NCBI RefSeq assembly: GCF_009914755.1
Contig: NC_060929.1
Direction: 5' to 3' (one strand)
Length of the DNA: 64,000 nt
From: the human T2T-CHM13v2.0 reference genome, Homo sapiens
The translations under genes were made by a program, and so were the position numbers. The notes beneath the pieces were generated by a model. That model was not told where the DNA came from. It worked only from the letters and a program-made list of their open reading frames with translations, and did not search any database. The first letter of the stretch is position 1; each line of letters opens with the position of its first letter. This document shows positions 36,128 through 49,529 of this stretch, one piece after another.

Positions 36128-37269
36128 TATACATATATATAACATATATGTGTGTTTATATTTATATTTATAATACATTTATTTACATAAATTTTTCTCT
36201 ACAAAAATTCCTGCCAGGTAGTTTTCCTCCTTCTGTTTGCAAACCTCCAGTGACAGGTGGCTTATTATTAGCAAATGAGCCTGTTACAGTCCTGATTGTA
36301 ACTGGATGAAAAAGATAGACTTCAGCAACACAAAACTGGAAATGGGGATTGTTGCAGTAATCCAGGTGAGGGACATGGAAGAGCCAAAACGAGCAGGAAG
36401 AGTCCGGATGTAATGATAGAGAAGCGAACTCCTTTGGTTGATGCTAAGTGCCAAAAAAATGTGAATTGTGTAAAATGTGAATTGTAAAGTGGTTGTGCTC
36501 ACTTTAGAGCCCAAACTTACTGCATGAACAACTCCCAAACCACACAAATATCTACTTTTCCTTTAAATGGACAAAGCAATGCTGACACCCAGTGGCTGGT
36601 TCAGATTACCCACAGCTCTCAGAGAGAGGATCCCAAGGGAGATGAAAGTCAACTTGCTCAGCCCCGACCATCAGAGCACAACCCAGGATCTTTAGCTGAA
36701 AGGGCGAGTCTAAATTCAGCCAGTAATAGCCAGCCATGTGATGTGTTTGACACCACATAAAGGATAGTTCCCGGTAAGTTTAATGCAGATAAAAGACCCA
36801 AATTTAACCTGCAGATGAGAAGAGTGTTGAATCAAAGTCAGCCCCTTGGGAAACAGAGACAAAAGCAATTACCCTGAGTTCCCTGGAAAACTCCCATCCA
36901 AAGCACCAATAAGAAATGAAATAGTTAAATAGTTGACTGGCTTTGGTTGGAAGCCAGTCAACTCCCATTCTGACACAGAGTCAGGATGTGATAAAACAAC
37001 AAGGAACTTGACAAATTGAATGGACAAACTGGTCCAAGGGGGGAAATGAGTTTGCTAAGGCCTAAAAGCAAGCTAATGGCAGAGAGGAAACACTAGTGTG
37101 CTTCCTGCCTGACCAGACTTAACAGCTGGAGCTCTAGTAGCCATCTTGAACCATGTGACAAGGGCCACAATCTTAGGATGGTAGAGAGGAAAGTAGAAGA
37201 GTCTGTTCATGAACAAATTCATGGGGCTGTCATACCAACCTGCAGTGTAGATCAGATTTTTATGAACTC

Positions 37270-37925
37270 TCATCCATGCTCAAAATGTCAATTATCATCT
37301 GAATGTCATTGATGCTGATTGTCTATCTACTTGATGTCGCCATTTGAACATCACAGAGGAACGTTCAGAACAAAACTCAGGATCTTCTCCCCACAAATTT
37401 TGTTTTCCTTCAGTGTCCCTAAATGACACCACCATCCAGTGCACAAACCAGAAGTAGAGGAGACATCCTTGACTCCTTTCTTTTCCCTGACCCCCATAAC
37501 TAAAAAATCACAAGGCTTGAAAACATGACTTTATATTAACCCACTTCTTAATATTCTTTTCATCATTGCTCCAATCCTCCCTGCTTTATCCATTGGACAC
37601 ATTTTGCTTGTTTGTTTATCACCTCTTTCCTCCGTAAAAGAATGCCAGCTTCCATGCCTGCCCCACTTTGCATTCTGCTGCTCTTTCTTCAGACACTCTA
37701 TTTTATTACAGTCTATTATTTTCTTCATACCTTTTATCTGCATCTGAAATGATGTGTATTTGTCTATGAGACTAGGGGTCTCATCTGTCTTGTCCGTGGT
37801 TTTTGACTAATGTAGTGAGAAAAGAGCAGAGATTTTGTCTATTTGCCTCACTATTGTATAACTAGCACTCAGAACTGTGCCTAGTACAAAGTAGGTGCTT
37901 AATGAATGCTTCTTGGTGAGTAAAT
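37270..37925 (+). mobile_element. L2 fragments
   Basis: AAAACTCAGGATCTTCTCCCC, GACATCCTTGACTCC, AGAACTGTGCCTAGTACAAAGTAGGTGCTTAATGAATG. Confidence 0.7.
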
Positions 37926-38928
37926 ATGAATATAGATACACATGTAATGTACATATAGTGCTTGGGCAGTAGGAGGATCTGGCAAAGGAGGTCCTGGGTT
38001 AGCAATTACCTGGTTACAGACTGCAACTCAATTACCTGTGCCTTGTTATTTTTGTAGTCAATGGTGTGAAAGCCAATGTTGCGTATCTGCCAAGGACTCG
38101 AAAAGGCAGTCTGAGGTTTGATATCATCATCATCATCTGATGAAAAAAAGATCAAACCTAGCTCTGAAAGGGGAAGTAGGGTACCTGGTGGATGTTGTCT
38201 TAGGTCAACTTGGGCTGCCACTTTTATTTTCTGTTGCTTTCCCTAACAGCCAGCGTCTATAAGGAAGGTGGTTGTCTACTTGTTCGTGCCATAGTTTAGC
38301 TGGTTTTTGACTGAATCCATGAAAGAAAAGGAGGGAGGGAAGGAAAGGGATAGAAAAGGAAGGGAAGAAAGGAAGAAAGAGGAGACAGAGAGAGAGACAG
38401 AGAACGAACCTGTTCTATGTAAAGTATTACAAGGGAAATAAAGAGAAGGTCTTTATACTTCCTGTTTTGTTCATTCCCTGACCCCACATTTGAATTCTTT
38501 ATGTAACAGCCAGAATAATCCTTCCCTCTCCCTCTCTCCTCCTCTTATTCCGTCTCTCTCTCTTTTCCTCCTTTCTTTTCTCATTGGCTTAATAAAATAA
38601 AGTGAATTTTTACTCCATAACAACTCAACATTAGTGTTCCTGGTTAGCATGGGGCCACTCATATGATTATCTAGGAGCCCCAACAGGGTACCTTTGTCTT
38701 GATACTCTGAGCTCTTTTAGGGCCTCAGAGATTTCTACAAACCAGGAAAGAATAGGAAGGATCCTGCATGGAGTGTTTTTATAAGTCAAGTGCATGATCT
38801 CTGTAAGATATAAGTTGTATAGTGTCCTACCCTGCGTAAAACTTTCAGTGGCTTCCAGCCACCTTAGAATAAAACTCAAATTCTTCACTGTGGCCTACAG
38901 GGTGCTACATGATTGTTCTCACTTGCCT

Positions 38929-40489
38929 TTTTAAAATTTTATTTTTAACTAACAAATGTTAATTATACATATTTATGGGGTACAATGTGATGTGATGTTT
39001 CAATACATGAACACATTGTGAAATGATCAAATTAGGTGGATCCATCATCTCAAATACTTACAGTTTCTTTGTGGTGAGATTTAAAATCCAGTCTTTTGAA
39101 TTATTAACTGTAATTACCATGCTATGTAATAGACCACCAGAACCTTTTCCTCCTAACTGAAACTTCAACCAACATCTCTCCTTTCCCTGTCCACAACCCC
39201 CTGCCCCACCTCCAGCCTCTGGTAACCACCATTCTACTCTCTACTTTTTTTTTTTTTTGTCCATGTGTTCTCATTGTTCGTCTCCCACTTATGAGTAATA
39301 ACATGCAGTGTTTGGTTTTTTGTTCCTGTGTTAGTCTGCTGTCTACTCTCTAATTCTGAGTTCAACTTTTTTTAGATCCAACATACAAACGAGATGAGAT
39401 CATGTGGTATTTGTCTCTCTGTGCTTAGCTCATTTCACTTGGCATGATGTCCTCTAAGTTCATTCATATTATCTTAAATGAAAGGATTTCCTGCTTTTTA
39501 AGGAGTAATAGTATGGCATTGTGTGCATATACTGCATTTAAAAAATCCATTCATCTATTGATAGGCACTTAGGTTGATTCCCTATCTTGGCTATTGTGAA
39601 TAATGCTGCAGTGAACATAGGAGTGCAGATAACTCTTCAACATACTGATGGCATTTTCTTTGGATATATTCCCAAAAGTGGGATTGCTGGATCATATGGT
39701 AATTCTATTTTTAAATTTTTGAAGAGCCTTCATACTGTTTTCCAAAATGGCTGTACTAATTTGCAATACTACCAACAGTGTACAAGGGTTCCCTTTTCTC
39801 CACATCCTCATCAACACTTATCTTTCATCTTTTTGATCATGGCTAATTTAACAGGCACGAGGTAATATCTCATTTTAGTTTTAATATGCATTTCTCTGAT
39901 GATTAGAGATGTCGAACATTTTTTAATATATCTGTTGGCCATTCTTATGTCTCCTTTTGAGAAATGTTTATTCAGCTTCTTTGCCCTTAAAATAGAGTTA
40001 TTTGTTTTCATGTTATTGAGTAGTTTGAGTTAATTGTATATTTTGGATATTAACTCCTTATCCAAAATTAACCTACACAACTGTGGCCAATTAATTTTCA
40101 ACAAAGGTGCCAAGAACACACAACAGGGAAATAACATTCTCTTCATTCCCTTTAGTTGGTAAAACTAAATATCCACATGCAGAATGAAAATTGATCCTCA
40201 TCTCACCATGTATATAAGAATCAGCTTAAAACGGGTGAAAGACTTAAACTTAAGATCTGAAACTGTAAAACTACTGAAAGAAAACATAAGGGAAAAGCTC
40301 CACGACACTGGTTTGAGCAGAGATTTCTTATATATGACCCCAAAAGCACAGGCAACAAGAACAAAAATAGACAAATGGGATTGCCTCAAACTAAAAAGCT
40401 TCTGCACAGCAAAGGAAACAATCAACAGCATGAAGAGACAGCCCACAGATTGGGAGAAAATGTTTGTAAATCATACATGGGATAAGGGC
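38929..40489 (-). mobile_element. L1MA with 5' inversion (3' part 38929-40063 minus; inverted 5' part 40064-40489 plus), inserted in an L2
   Basis: ORF2-derived ORFs lie on opposite strands (39811..40011 - and 40184..40612 +). Both segments end at GGATAAGG. TSD CTTGCCT at 38922-38928 and 40490-40496. Confidence 0.88.
39247..39341 (-). mobile_element. Mini L1PA insertion (end of ORF2 plus poly(A), 3'UTR missing) nested in the L1MA
   Basis: TSD TCTACTCTCTACTT (39233-39246) and TCTACTCTCTAATT (39342-39355). Confidence 0.85.
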
Positions 40490-40496
40490 CTTGCCT

Positions 40497-41160
40497 ACCT
40501 CTTTGATATTATTTCCCATCTTTTTTTCCATCTTCCTTCATTCAGCTCCAAGCCACACAGGCAGGCCTTTTTCTTTTTTTTTTTTTTTTTTTTCCTGTTC
40601 TTAACATCTTAAGCTTTTATCTGCCTTGGGGCCTCTGTGTTTGCTATCTCCTCTGCCTGGATGCCCCCAACTCAGCAATGTTGGCTGCTTCTCTTAATTT
40701 GGCTAACTCAGCCCAGAGAAACTCTTCTTGCCTTCCCTATTTAGTTTCCTTGCCCCTTCCTCAAAGACATTGTTATATTACATTCCATTATTTTCTTCAT
40801 AGCTGTAATGACATCTGAAATTATAGGTATTTATTTATTCATGAGAGTAGACACCTATTTTTATTGTATATGATTGTCCATCCTTGTCGACCAGAAGGGG
40901 GTCTGGCACTTGGTAGGTGCTTAGTACATGTCTACTGAGTACTTACTGTATGGCAAATATTCCTCTAAATACAGCACAGGCACTAACTCATCCGATTCTC
41001 ACAACTCTGTAAGAGGACTACTATTATGATCCCCATTTCATAGAAGAAACTGAAGCCCAGAGAGGCGAGGTAACTTATGTAGGGTTATACAGATAAGTTG
41101 AGAAGCAGAAATTCTAATTCCAGGGTCTACAACCTTAACCACTGTACTATACTACTTCCA
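40497..41160. mobile_element. L2 continuation (+) followed by a MIR (-, 40940-41155)
   Basis: CAGCTCCAAGCCACACAGG, CTCCTCTGCCTGG; GAAACTGAAGCCCAGAGAGG. Confidence 0.7.
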
Positions 41161-42089
41161 ATCAGAATCCCAGTTTTGGAAAAGAATTGAGTATCATTTG
41201 ATCATCTCACCACCACCAGATGCATAGATATGCTCTGTGACATTCCTTTTGAGGTTTCTTAACTTCTTGAATACTCTGGTGGCAGAGTACCCACTTTCTC
41301 CTGGGTGGATCCACTCCGTTATGGTATGTTAGTTTTCCCCTCATGTTGGGATATACTCTGCCTCCTTATAGCTTCTCCCCCAGAGTTCTATTGCACCTGT
41401 TCAGACCTCAAAAGGATCCAGCCCTCTGTGCCCCAAGGAAGCCCATCAGCGATGACAGGGTTATTCTCCTGACCTTTCTCTCCTACAAGGTGAATAATGC
41501 CAGATTCTTCAGGGTGTGGTTTATCTTTCTTTCTGTGCAAGGATATTCAAAGCCTCTGCTCAAGAAATATACGGGTGAATTCATTTTTTTTTTTTTCTTT
41601 TTTTGCTCCTGGACCCCCATTTGGGAGCTGTGGGCCAGACATGAATTAGTGGGGTTTCTAAGCCCATCTCATCTGATTCGCTGAATCTCATCTCCCAGCC
41701 AGGGTAGTAACAAAAACCCATATGGCACAAAAGCAATTCCTTCTTGGGACTGTGGGGGCTGTTATCTGGTGCTCCTTGGATGATGCTATTAGCATTACTT
41801 ACAGCTCCCATTCTGCCTTCACAGCCTGAAACCACGGGCATGGGAGAGGCTGATAAAGAAACTGGCTTATATATGCCTTTCCTTTCATTGCTGATATGCT
41901 TGTCCCTTGTGGGTTTCTTGCAGAATAACAGAATTGTAAAGTGAGGAGAAAAGTTATATCATTGGATTAGGGAATATAGAGTTCCATTGCGAAGAACTGT
42001 CCGGGGGTTGCTGATTCAGGGTGTGAGGCAGGCTGCATTTACAGACAAAATAAAATATTTGTGCCTCCCCACCCCTCAAAAAAAGGCAA

Positions 42090-44270
42090 CTTGGTATAGA
42101 GGAGACTGGTTGACCTGTGCATAAATACCAGCTCTATTTATTTGAAATACTTTATCTCTCTGATCTTTAAAATAAGGAACTGTACCTATCTGAAACAACT
42201 GTTATGAGGCTTAATTACACTTCGGTGTTTGGTGTGCCCTAAGTCCTCAATACACATTGGTTTAGATTCGTTGGACTTTATTGAGGTTTCTTTTACTTGC
42301 CACAGTTCATGTTCATGGGATTTAAATCTCTATCCCAGGCATCTGGCTCAACTTGCTTATTAAATGAGGTGGTACCATACAGAGGCAGAGGAATTTCCAG
42401 TAACGACAGTTAAATATGCCTGGTGATTACAGTTTTGTGGAATGTTTTCTCATGTGTGATTTCATTTCACCCCTATGACAACCCTATTAGGTAAGGGTAA
42501 TTATTTCACATTTCACACATGAGAAATCTAGGACACAGTAAGGTTATTTAACCTGTCCAATATCACAGGGTTAGTGAGGATTTGGTCACTATCGTAGCCT
42601 AGAAGACCTGGATCAGGGCCTTGCCTTGAACTCAGGTCATCTGATTTTAAACTCCATTCTGGCTTTCCTTTGAATCTTTTGCTGGACTTGTAGAACTTAG
42701 CCTTCTGTTACTCATCTCTGTATTTTCCAGGTTAGTGCCTCATACCCAAAGGCACCAAATAGTCATTTGTAGAATTGAAACAAGTTTTAGCAGCTATGGG
42801 TCATACATGAATTTTGTAGGAATGAGCTTACTTAATAGTCCCAGTGTACTAAATAAGACAACCTATAAATGAGCTCCCCAACACCCATCCTAGATCTTAC
42901 AAAAGGTTATTCCTGCCTCCATTCTTAGCTTATTTCTGTCTTGGACTGGAGCATTTGAAACTCCTACCATGAGAACAACTGTGAAAAAAAATGGCTAGTC
43001 TGCAGAATCTGTGTTTATGTAAATAAAGGAAGAGAAATGTGAGCATCAGACATTGCTTAGAAAAGTAGCAGTTGGTAGTCGGGAGGGTGTAGGTTTGGAG
43101 ATCGGTTTCTGATCCAAGCCATATGGATCTTGATAAACATAGATCTCTATGTATCCATTCCTGACTCTAAGGCAACCAACCCATTCCATATGTGGTGTGG
43201 CCAGCACCAGTGACAACAGACTTCCAGCCAAACCCTTAGCTTATTATCTCTCTTGACTCATCTCTTTTTGACCTTTCTAGCACCTGGCACCCTTATCTAT
43301 TCCTAGCTCTCCAGCTCCTGAACCCTTTCCTCCTCTTCCATTCATGGCCTCTTCCTTGGGTCTGACCCTAGACAGTACTGCTCTGGTTCTGACTTCTGCC
43401 TTCCTTTGCATATTAGGGTGAATTGGTTTTTTTTTTTTTTTTTTTTTTTTTTTTCTGGCTACCGTGAGAAACACACAACTTCATGAGAGTAATTTCCTCC
43501 ATTTAGCCCTGTTTCTTCAAAAACGAATTGACCTTGTAGAGACTTTGTTTCTAATGTGCAGTAACTAAATTCCTTCATGCCTCCATTTATTCATACCTTC
43601 ATTCAATCAACTAATACATGTCGATTATCACTTACTTGCTGCGCACACCAGTGCTGGTGTACCATGTGACTAGGTTCCAGTCCTTGCTCCATGGAGCCTG
43701 TCACACAGAAGGGGATATAGTGTAGCATGATAGTTAAGAGCATGTGAATGGATATGGGTTCTAAAAATGGCTCTGTTGCTCACTAGATGCATAACCTGTG
43801 TGCCTTTGGTCAAGATACTTAATCTCTCAGAGCTTATTTCTCCATATGTAAAATGAGAATATTGCCTAGTAGAATCATTGTACTATTAAGTAAAATTATC
43901 CATGTTAGATATTTAGTACAGTGCCTGACGCACACTACACACTCAGTAGACATTGACTATTGTTTTATTAGTGAGGGACAGATAAATAAGATAATTAGAA
44001 TGTAATGTTATCAATGATATAATAGGGAACATCTTAGGTTAATAATAGGTCCTTATCCAGGTTTCAGAAGGTTTCTTGGAGGAAGTGATATCCTAGCTAA
44101 TACCTTATGGGTGAGCATGAGTTAGCCATGTTAAAGAAACATGGAACATTTCCGGGGAAGGGAACAACATGTGCAAAGGCCTGGACAAGAGAAACATCAT
44201 GGCAACACACATGTAGTTCAGTAAGGCTAGATAAATATTTGAGAGTAAGTGGTAAGAGATAAGGCCTGTG
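42090..44270. mobile_element. Interleaved MIR (42090-42260, 42420-42660, 43715-43970) and L2 (42690-42780, 43595-43715, 43970-44270) fragments
   Basis: MIR cores and antisense L2 motif GGGAACAACATGTGCAAAGGCCTGG. The span also includes unique DNA. Confidence 0.6.
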
Positions 44271-46340
44271 TCCTGCTTACTTCCTTTTATTCTGCCTCTT
44301 TTGCTTCCCAGGCCATGACCCCATCTCATTACCCTACTTTTCCTCTTTGCACAGCTGTGATTTGCTAGGGGTAAAGGATGCTGAGTGGAAGTTGCTTCCT
44401 CTTGATGACTTACTTACATAATTGCTGATGCATGTGCCCCATGGAGAACTTGGAGCCATATTCTATTTAGGGACATTTTAGCCTTACACAGCAGATCCAG
44501 CTACTATGATTTGCCTCATTACCTATTAAGAGGACATTTGCATGGACTTAAATGGTTTCCTCACCTTGTTCTTGAGACAGATTTTTCCATGACTGACCAT
44601 TTGTCCAATAGCAGGCAAGTTGCAGAAGTGAGCAGGAGTTCACTGAGACTTGCTTTTAATTGGTTTCTGGTAGAAACACAGAATGTCAGGCTGGGAGACA
44701 CTTTATGGGTCATTTCTACTCTACTACGTCATGGAAAACTATGAAAATTTCAATCCTAGACCCCAGAAATTATAAGGTATAGAAAAACGCTGAGGCTAGT
44801 GAAAGGAGAGTGATGGCAAATGATGTTAACAGGGAAAAAGTGGTTGCAAAGCTATTAAAATCTGCCTCTCTGATCAGCTGCCTATGGGAAATATGTCTGC
44901 CTCTGCCCCAGCTTCATGCACCCCTAGCAGACATTACTAGGAGATGGCAGCACTATTCTTTTGAGCCCAGATAGGGCCTCAGAATTCTTCCAAACATAGT
45001 GCTGCAGAGGTTCATGGCTGAGTATGTGGAGTTGGCACTTGTAATGAAACACACTAACTACCCTGAGAACCTCTCTTTTTATATGCAGGGAATGTCAGAC
45101 CCATCAAAGAGAAGTACTTTATCCAATGTAAACATGCACATTAATGGCAGACCTTAAGTTAGAGTATTTTGCTCCTGACCCAAATCCCTGAAAGAATTTC
45201 CTCTGTTTGAAAAGTATCATGAAGGCCAGTTAGATTATTCTTTCCAAAAAGTATGCTGTCATGCCACTCTCCTGCTGAGCATCCCTCAATAGCTTACCAT
45301 TTCCAATAAAATAAAGTCTAAACATATCAGCAAATCATTCTACATTTTTTCACATCTTGAGCCCAGCTCTAGTCAAAAGGGATCCCCACCCCTTTGTTTA
45401 TGCCTTCTCATTCAACTCACATCCATGGGTCCTCCAAAGCTTGGGTCAAGCCTTTCAGCTTCTCTGAAACTGGCCAATTTCAATCCAATTTGTCTTCTTC
45501 CCCTAAACAATTCTAATGATTACGGTTCAACCCACAACACTTATTGGCATTTTTGAGGTTTTAATGGTGGAAAATGACATATGGCCAATATTACTCTAGA
45601 CTCCAGTTACCCTGGCCCACTATAAAAGAGCAAGCCACACCTAACAGGTGACATTTTAGTGTGATAGACCCTTCTTACCTGAAAACACAGCCCAACTAGG
45701 ATCCCAGAATCTTGGGACCAATCTGATTAAAATTCCATTAGCTTGAGGTGTAGGGAGAAGGGGGCAGTGAGTGAGGAAGGGGGCTTAGAGAAATCTCCTT
45801 TTCCCTGAAGGCCTTCAGTTAACACACATTATCCCTGCCCCCCGCCTTCTAATTGCTACCTATGTTTTTTTCCAATCTATTTGTAGGGCAGTATCTCATT
45901 AATTAATTAAATTAATTTGAATTAATTCAATTTAACAAACACCTCCTGTTTATCAAGCACTATGTTTGGAGTTGGAAATACAAAAATAAACAAGACAAAT
46001 ATTCTTGTTTCATGGAGCTTGTACTCAGGTTGGGGAGACAGATAAGATACAAGTAACAAATAATGCTTTTCTCATCTAGCATACTGTAGGGGGACACAGT
46101 ATACAGTCAATTAACATTTGTTACCTTCCCTTATTCAATACCTATTTGGATTAGTATCTACAGGGTATACTTGATGGAGGTGTGTACGCATTTATTCAAG
46201 TATATTTACTGAATGTTGAAGTATCCAGCAAGTATCTTTTAAATTAGATTCATAGAGGCAGTTAACAAAGATGGACCAGGTGAAGGAAGTAGAACTGTTT
46301 TGGAGAATAGTTTGAAACTTTGGTTGACAGGCAATGGTGC

Positions 46341-46701
46341 TGATATGGTTTGGTTTTGTCTCCACCCAAATCTCATCTTGAATTGTAGCTCCCATAAATC
46401 CCACGTCATGGGAGGGACCTGGTGGGAGGTCATTGAATCATGGGGGTGGGTTTTTCCCATGCTATTCTTGTGATAGTGAATAAGTCTCATGAGATTGGAT
46501 GGTTTTATAAAGGGGAGTTCCCCTGCACACACTCTCTTGCCTGCTGCCATGTAAGACATGCCTTTGCTCCTCCTCACTTTCTGCCATGATTGTGAGGCTT
46601 CCCAAGCTGTGTGGAACTGTGAGTCCATTAAATCTCTTTTTCTTTATACATTACCCAGTCTTGGGTATTTCTTCATGGCAGTATGAGAACAAACTTATAC
46701 A
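46341..46701 (+). mobile_element. THE1 (B/C-like) MaLR solo LTR
   Basis: TGATATGGTTTGG...CCCAAATCTCATCTTGAATTG...TTATACA. TSD GGTGC and GGTGG. Confidence 0.93.
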
Positions 46702-47924
46702 GGTGGTAATTGTTGGTTGTAAACATTTGAAGTGCTACTATATGTAAACATGAATATTTTTTGTTTTCTGGGCATCCAAGAAGATGAAACTGGAATTAGC
46801 AAAAATGCCAAGAGGGAGCCGTTAGTTTGATTTAAGTCATTCCTAAATGAGACACATGGTCTTGTATGGATGGGGGCTCCCTGACACTGGAAAAATTTAA
46901 GCAGAAGTTGCTGAGTTTGTTGTGGGCATTCAAACATTAAAAAGATGTTTTTCCCAGATTATCACCAATAACTATGTTAACTTTGTATTTGATAATGATT
47001 TGTTATGAGGATCATTATTTTGTTTTATGGTTTAGAAAGCATTTTTATGTAAATTATCAGATTTGATTTTCACAAAGACAAGTTTTGTACTATTCCATTT
47101 TACAGTTGGGCAAACAGACTTCAAGAGTCCAGTCATCGCTGTTCACAATGGAACCATGATATATGGCTTATGGCTCCACAAACAGCACTTTTTATTGTTT
47201 AAAAATGCTTAGACATGCTTGTTGATTCATCTTATAAATACAGAAATGACAGAATGCTGGCTGACAAATTCTTTGTGTCCTATATATCCTTGACTTTTCT
47301 CTTTTTTGAGAGGGTCACTGTTGCACACCTCTGATTTTCTGTTCCAACAACTGTATGCTTGCTATTGTAATGCCTGTACATTTCTTGCTGCTTTTTTACT
47401 TTTTTCCACATTAAAAAATATATATGTATATGCATTTCCTCTCCAGAAGTTACTAGGCATATTTACTAGTTGATCTAAGAGGTAGTACTTGAGGGGCCAA
47501 ACATATGGAATTATTTACTTCATGCCTAGAGAATTTCAACTTTGTTTCCTCCCATGATGTTACTCCAGTGTTTTCTTTATTCATTCTTCAAGGGTCAGCC
47601 TAAATCTTACCACCTCTTAGAAGCCTTCTGCGTCCTTCTTAGGCTACAAAGTTTTAGACAGTTTTAGTATTTATTGTGTACCCTATTTAGCTTGACTTGT
47701 GTACATTCTATTCTCACATACATTTGTCAGTTACATATTCTTGCTGGAGAATAAAATCTTCAGTGGTGTGTTTTTCTCTCTTTTATATACTCCAAATTTC
47801 TTGCCACAATGTTGAGCACCTAGGAATGTTGAATAACTACTTGAAGATTTTTAGTTCACCCCCATGGGTTTTAATTCTTCTCATAGATAACATGTTAAAA
47901 TGTATTTTCTGTTTGCCCTAAAGA

Positions 47925-48185
47925 AACAGAAACAGTATGTACCTTTGGCTCTAGGTCCTCATTATCTTAGGTTTGAATCTTGGCTCTGCTACTTTCTAGA
48001 AATGTGACCTTGAGATGGTTTCTTCACCCCTCTAAGCCTTAGCTGTAATGGGGATCATGATCGTATCTACATTTAAGGGACATCATGAAAGTCAAATGAA
48101 GGAAAGAAAAAAATTTTTTAGCACAGTGCCTGGCACATAGTTAATGCAAAATGAACGTTAGTAGTTATTGTGGGTGCTGTTGTTA
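47925..48185 (+). mobile_element. MIR SINE
   Basis: GGTTTGAATCTTGGCTCTGCTACTT...TTAGCACAGTGCCTGGCACATAG. Confidence 0.85.
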
Positions 48186-48706
48186 TTCTTACCACAGGAT
48201 CTGTCAGATAAAATGACCTGGATTTGTTTAAATGATTTGGTGCTCTGACTCTAGGGATGTACACTAGTAAATCCAGAGACCTATTTTAGGTATGTATGTA
48301 TACATTTGTATGCTTGTACTTATTTATTTATTCCTTGCCTTGTCCTAAAAAGAATTTAAGGCAGCTTATTAACATGCACAGCATATACCAAAGTAAAATA
48401 AATTTTAAAATAAAAAATGGCACAATAGGAAAATCAAAGAAGAGAAAAGCAAAACTTAGAAATAAAGATAGTATATAAAATACATGCCATGAAATATTTT
48501 GCCCCTAATGGAGGTAGGCTACAAATCTAGCTTTAAATTTCTGAGAAGCAAAGAGTAACACAGGATTTATTACCCAATTTACAGTGCACAGGAGGTAAAA
48601 ACAATCAAGCTGCTTATGGAAAGTGTTAAGATTCTTTGTAGTGGGATTAGAGAGGATTTTCCTATGGCTCAGAGAGGAAGCTATGCAATGCAAAGAGCAA
48701 AATTCT

Positions 48707-49191
48707 TGTGGTGGTTTTCAAATATATCCACTTTTTTTTTTTGAGACACCTCTCTTTAAAAATGGAAATGTAGGTGTGCTAATTCTCCTCTGCTTAATTG
48801 TTGGACATCTGATGTTAGGACATAAAAGGGATTGTGGCATTCTTATTATTATCTCTCTGGTATCACTCACTCTGAAGGAAGCCATTTGCCATGTTGTAAG
48901 GATGCTCAAGCAGCTCTATGGAGAGGACCTTGTGTTGAGAGATTGAGGGCTCTAGTCAACAACCATGTGAGAGAATCATCTTCAAATAGATCCCTCAGCC
49001 CCAGTTAGGTCTGCAAATGACTGCAACTTTCTTTGGTATCTTGACTATGAGAGACTCTGAGCCAGAGCCACCCAGCAGAGCTACTTCTGGATTCCCCACC
49101 CTCAGAAACTGGGGAGATAACACATGTTACCATTGTTTTAAGCTGCTAAGTTTGGGGATAACTTGATATGTAGAAATAGATAACTATTACA
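48707..49191 (+). mobile_element. MLT1F/G-type MaLR solo LTR
   Basis: TG...CA termini with exact 5-bp TSD ATTCT (48702-48706 and 49192-49196). Confidence 0.85.
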
Positions 49192-49529
49192 ATTCTCAAC
49201 ACTGCCCCACAGTGATCACAGTGAGGGATTTGATGAGGACACTCTTCAAAGTGACCCTCAGTTTATGATGAGTGCAACTTATGTGCAAAATGGTCAGGCT
49301 TAAGCAGACCTAAAAAAGTCTGAGAGCTTACAATTTCATGATGAGAGAAAGACACACAGCCCATTAACCATAATATCAGGAGGAAGGGGTAAATCTAAAT
49401 TAAGGCACAAGTAAACAAGCTATGGGAGCTTAGGAGGGAGCATTTAATGTTACTGAAGGTTTTATGAAAGAGGTGGTATTTGGGTTGGGTCTTGTAGGAT
49501 GGCATATTAGAATTCCTTTAAGGAATTCT

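Noticed and set aside
38320-38585. Purine-rich tract followed by a pyrimidine-rich tract as a fold-back
   Set aside because: Complementarity is only compositional; I see no specific long alignment.
40888-40906. CTCF-like CCAGAAGGGGGTC; also CTAGGAGATGGCAG near 44937
   Set aside because: Each has two mismatches in the core.
45895-45936. TAAT-rich palindromic tract as a homeodomain site array
   Set aside because: It sits at the end of an antisense L2 and is best explained as its decayed simple-repeat tail.
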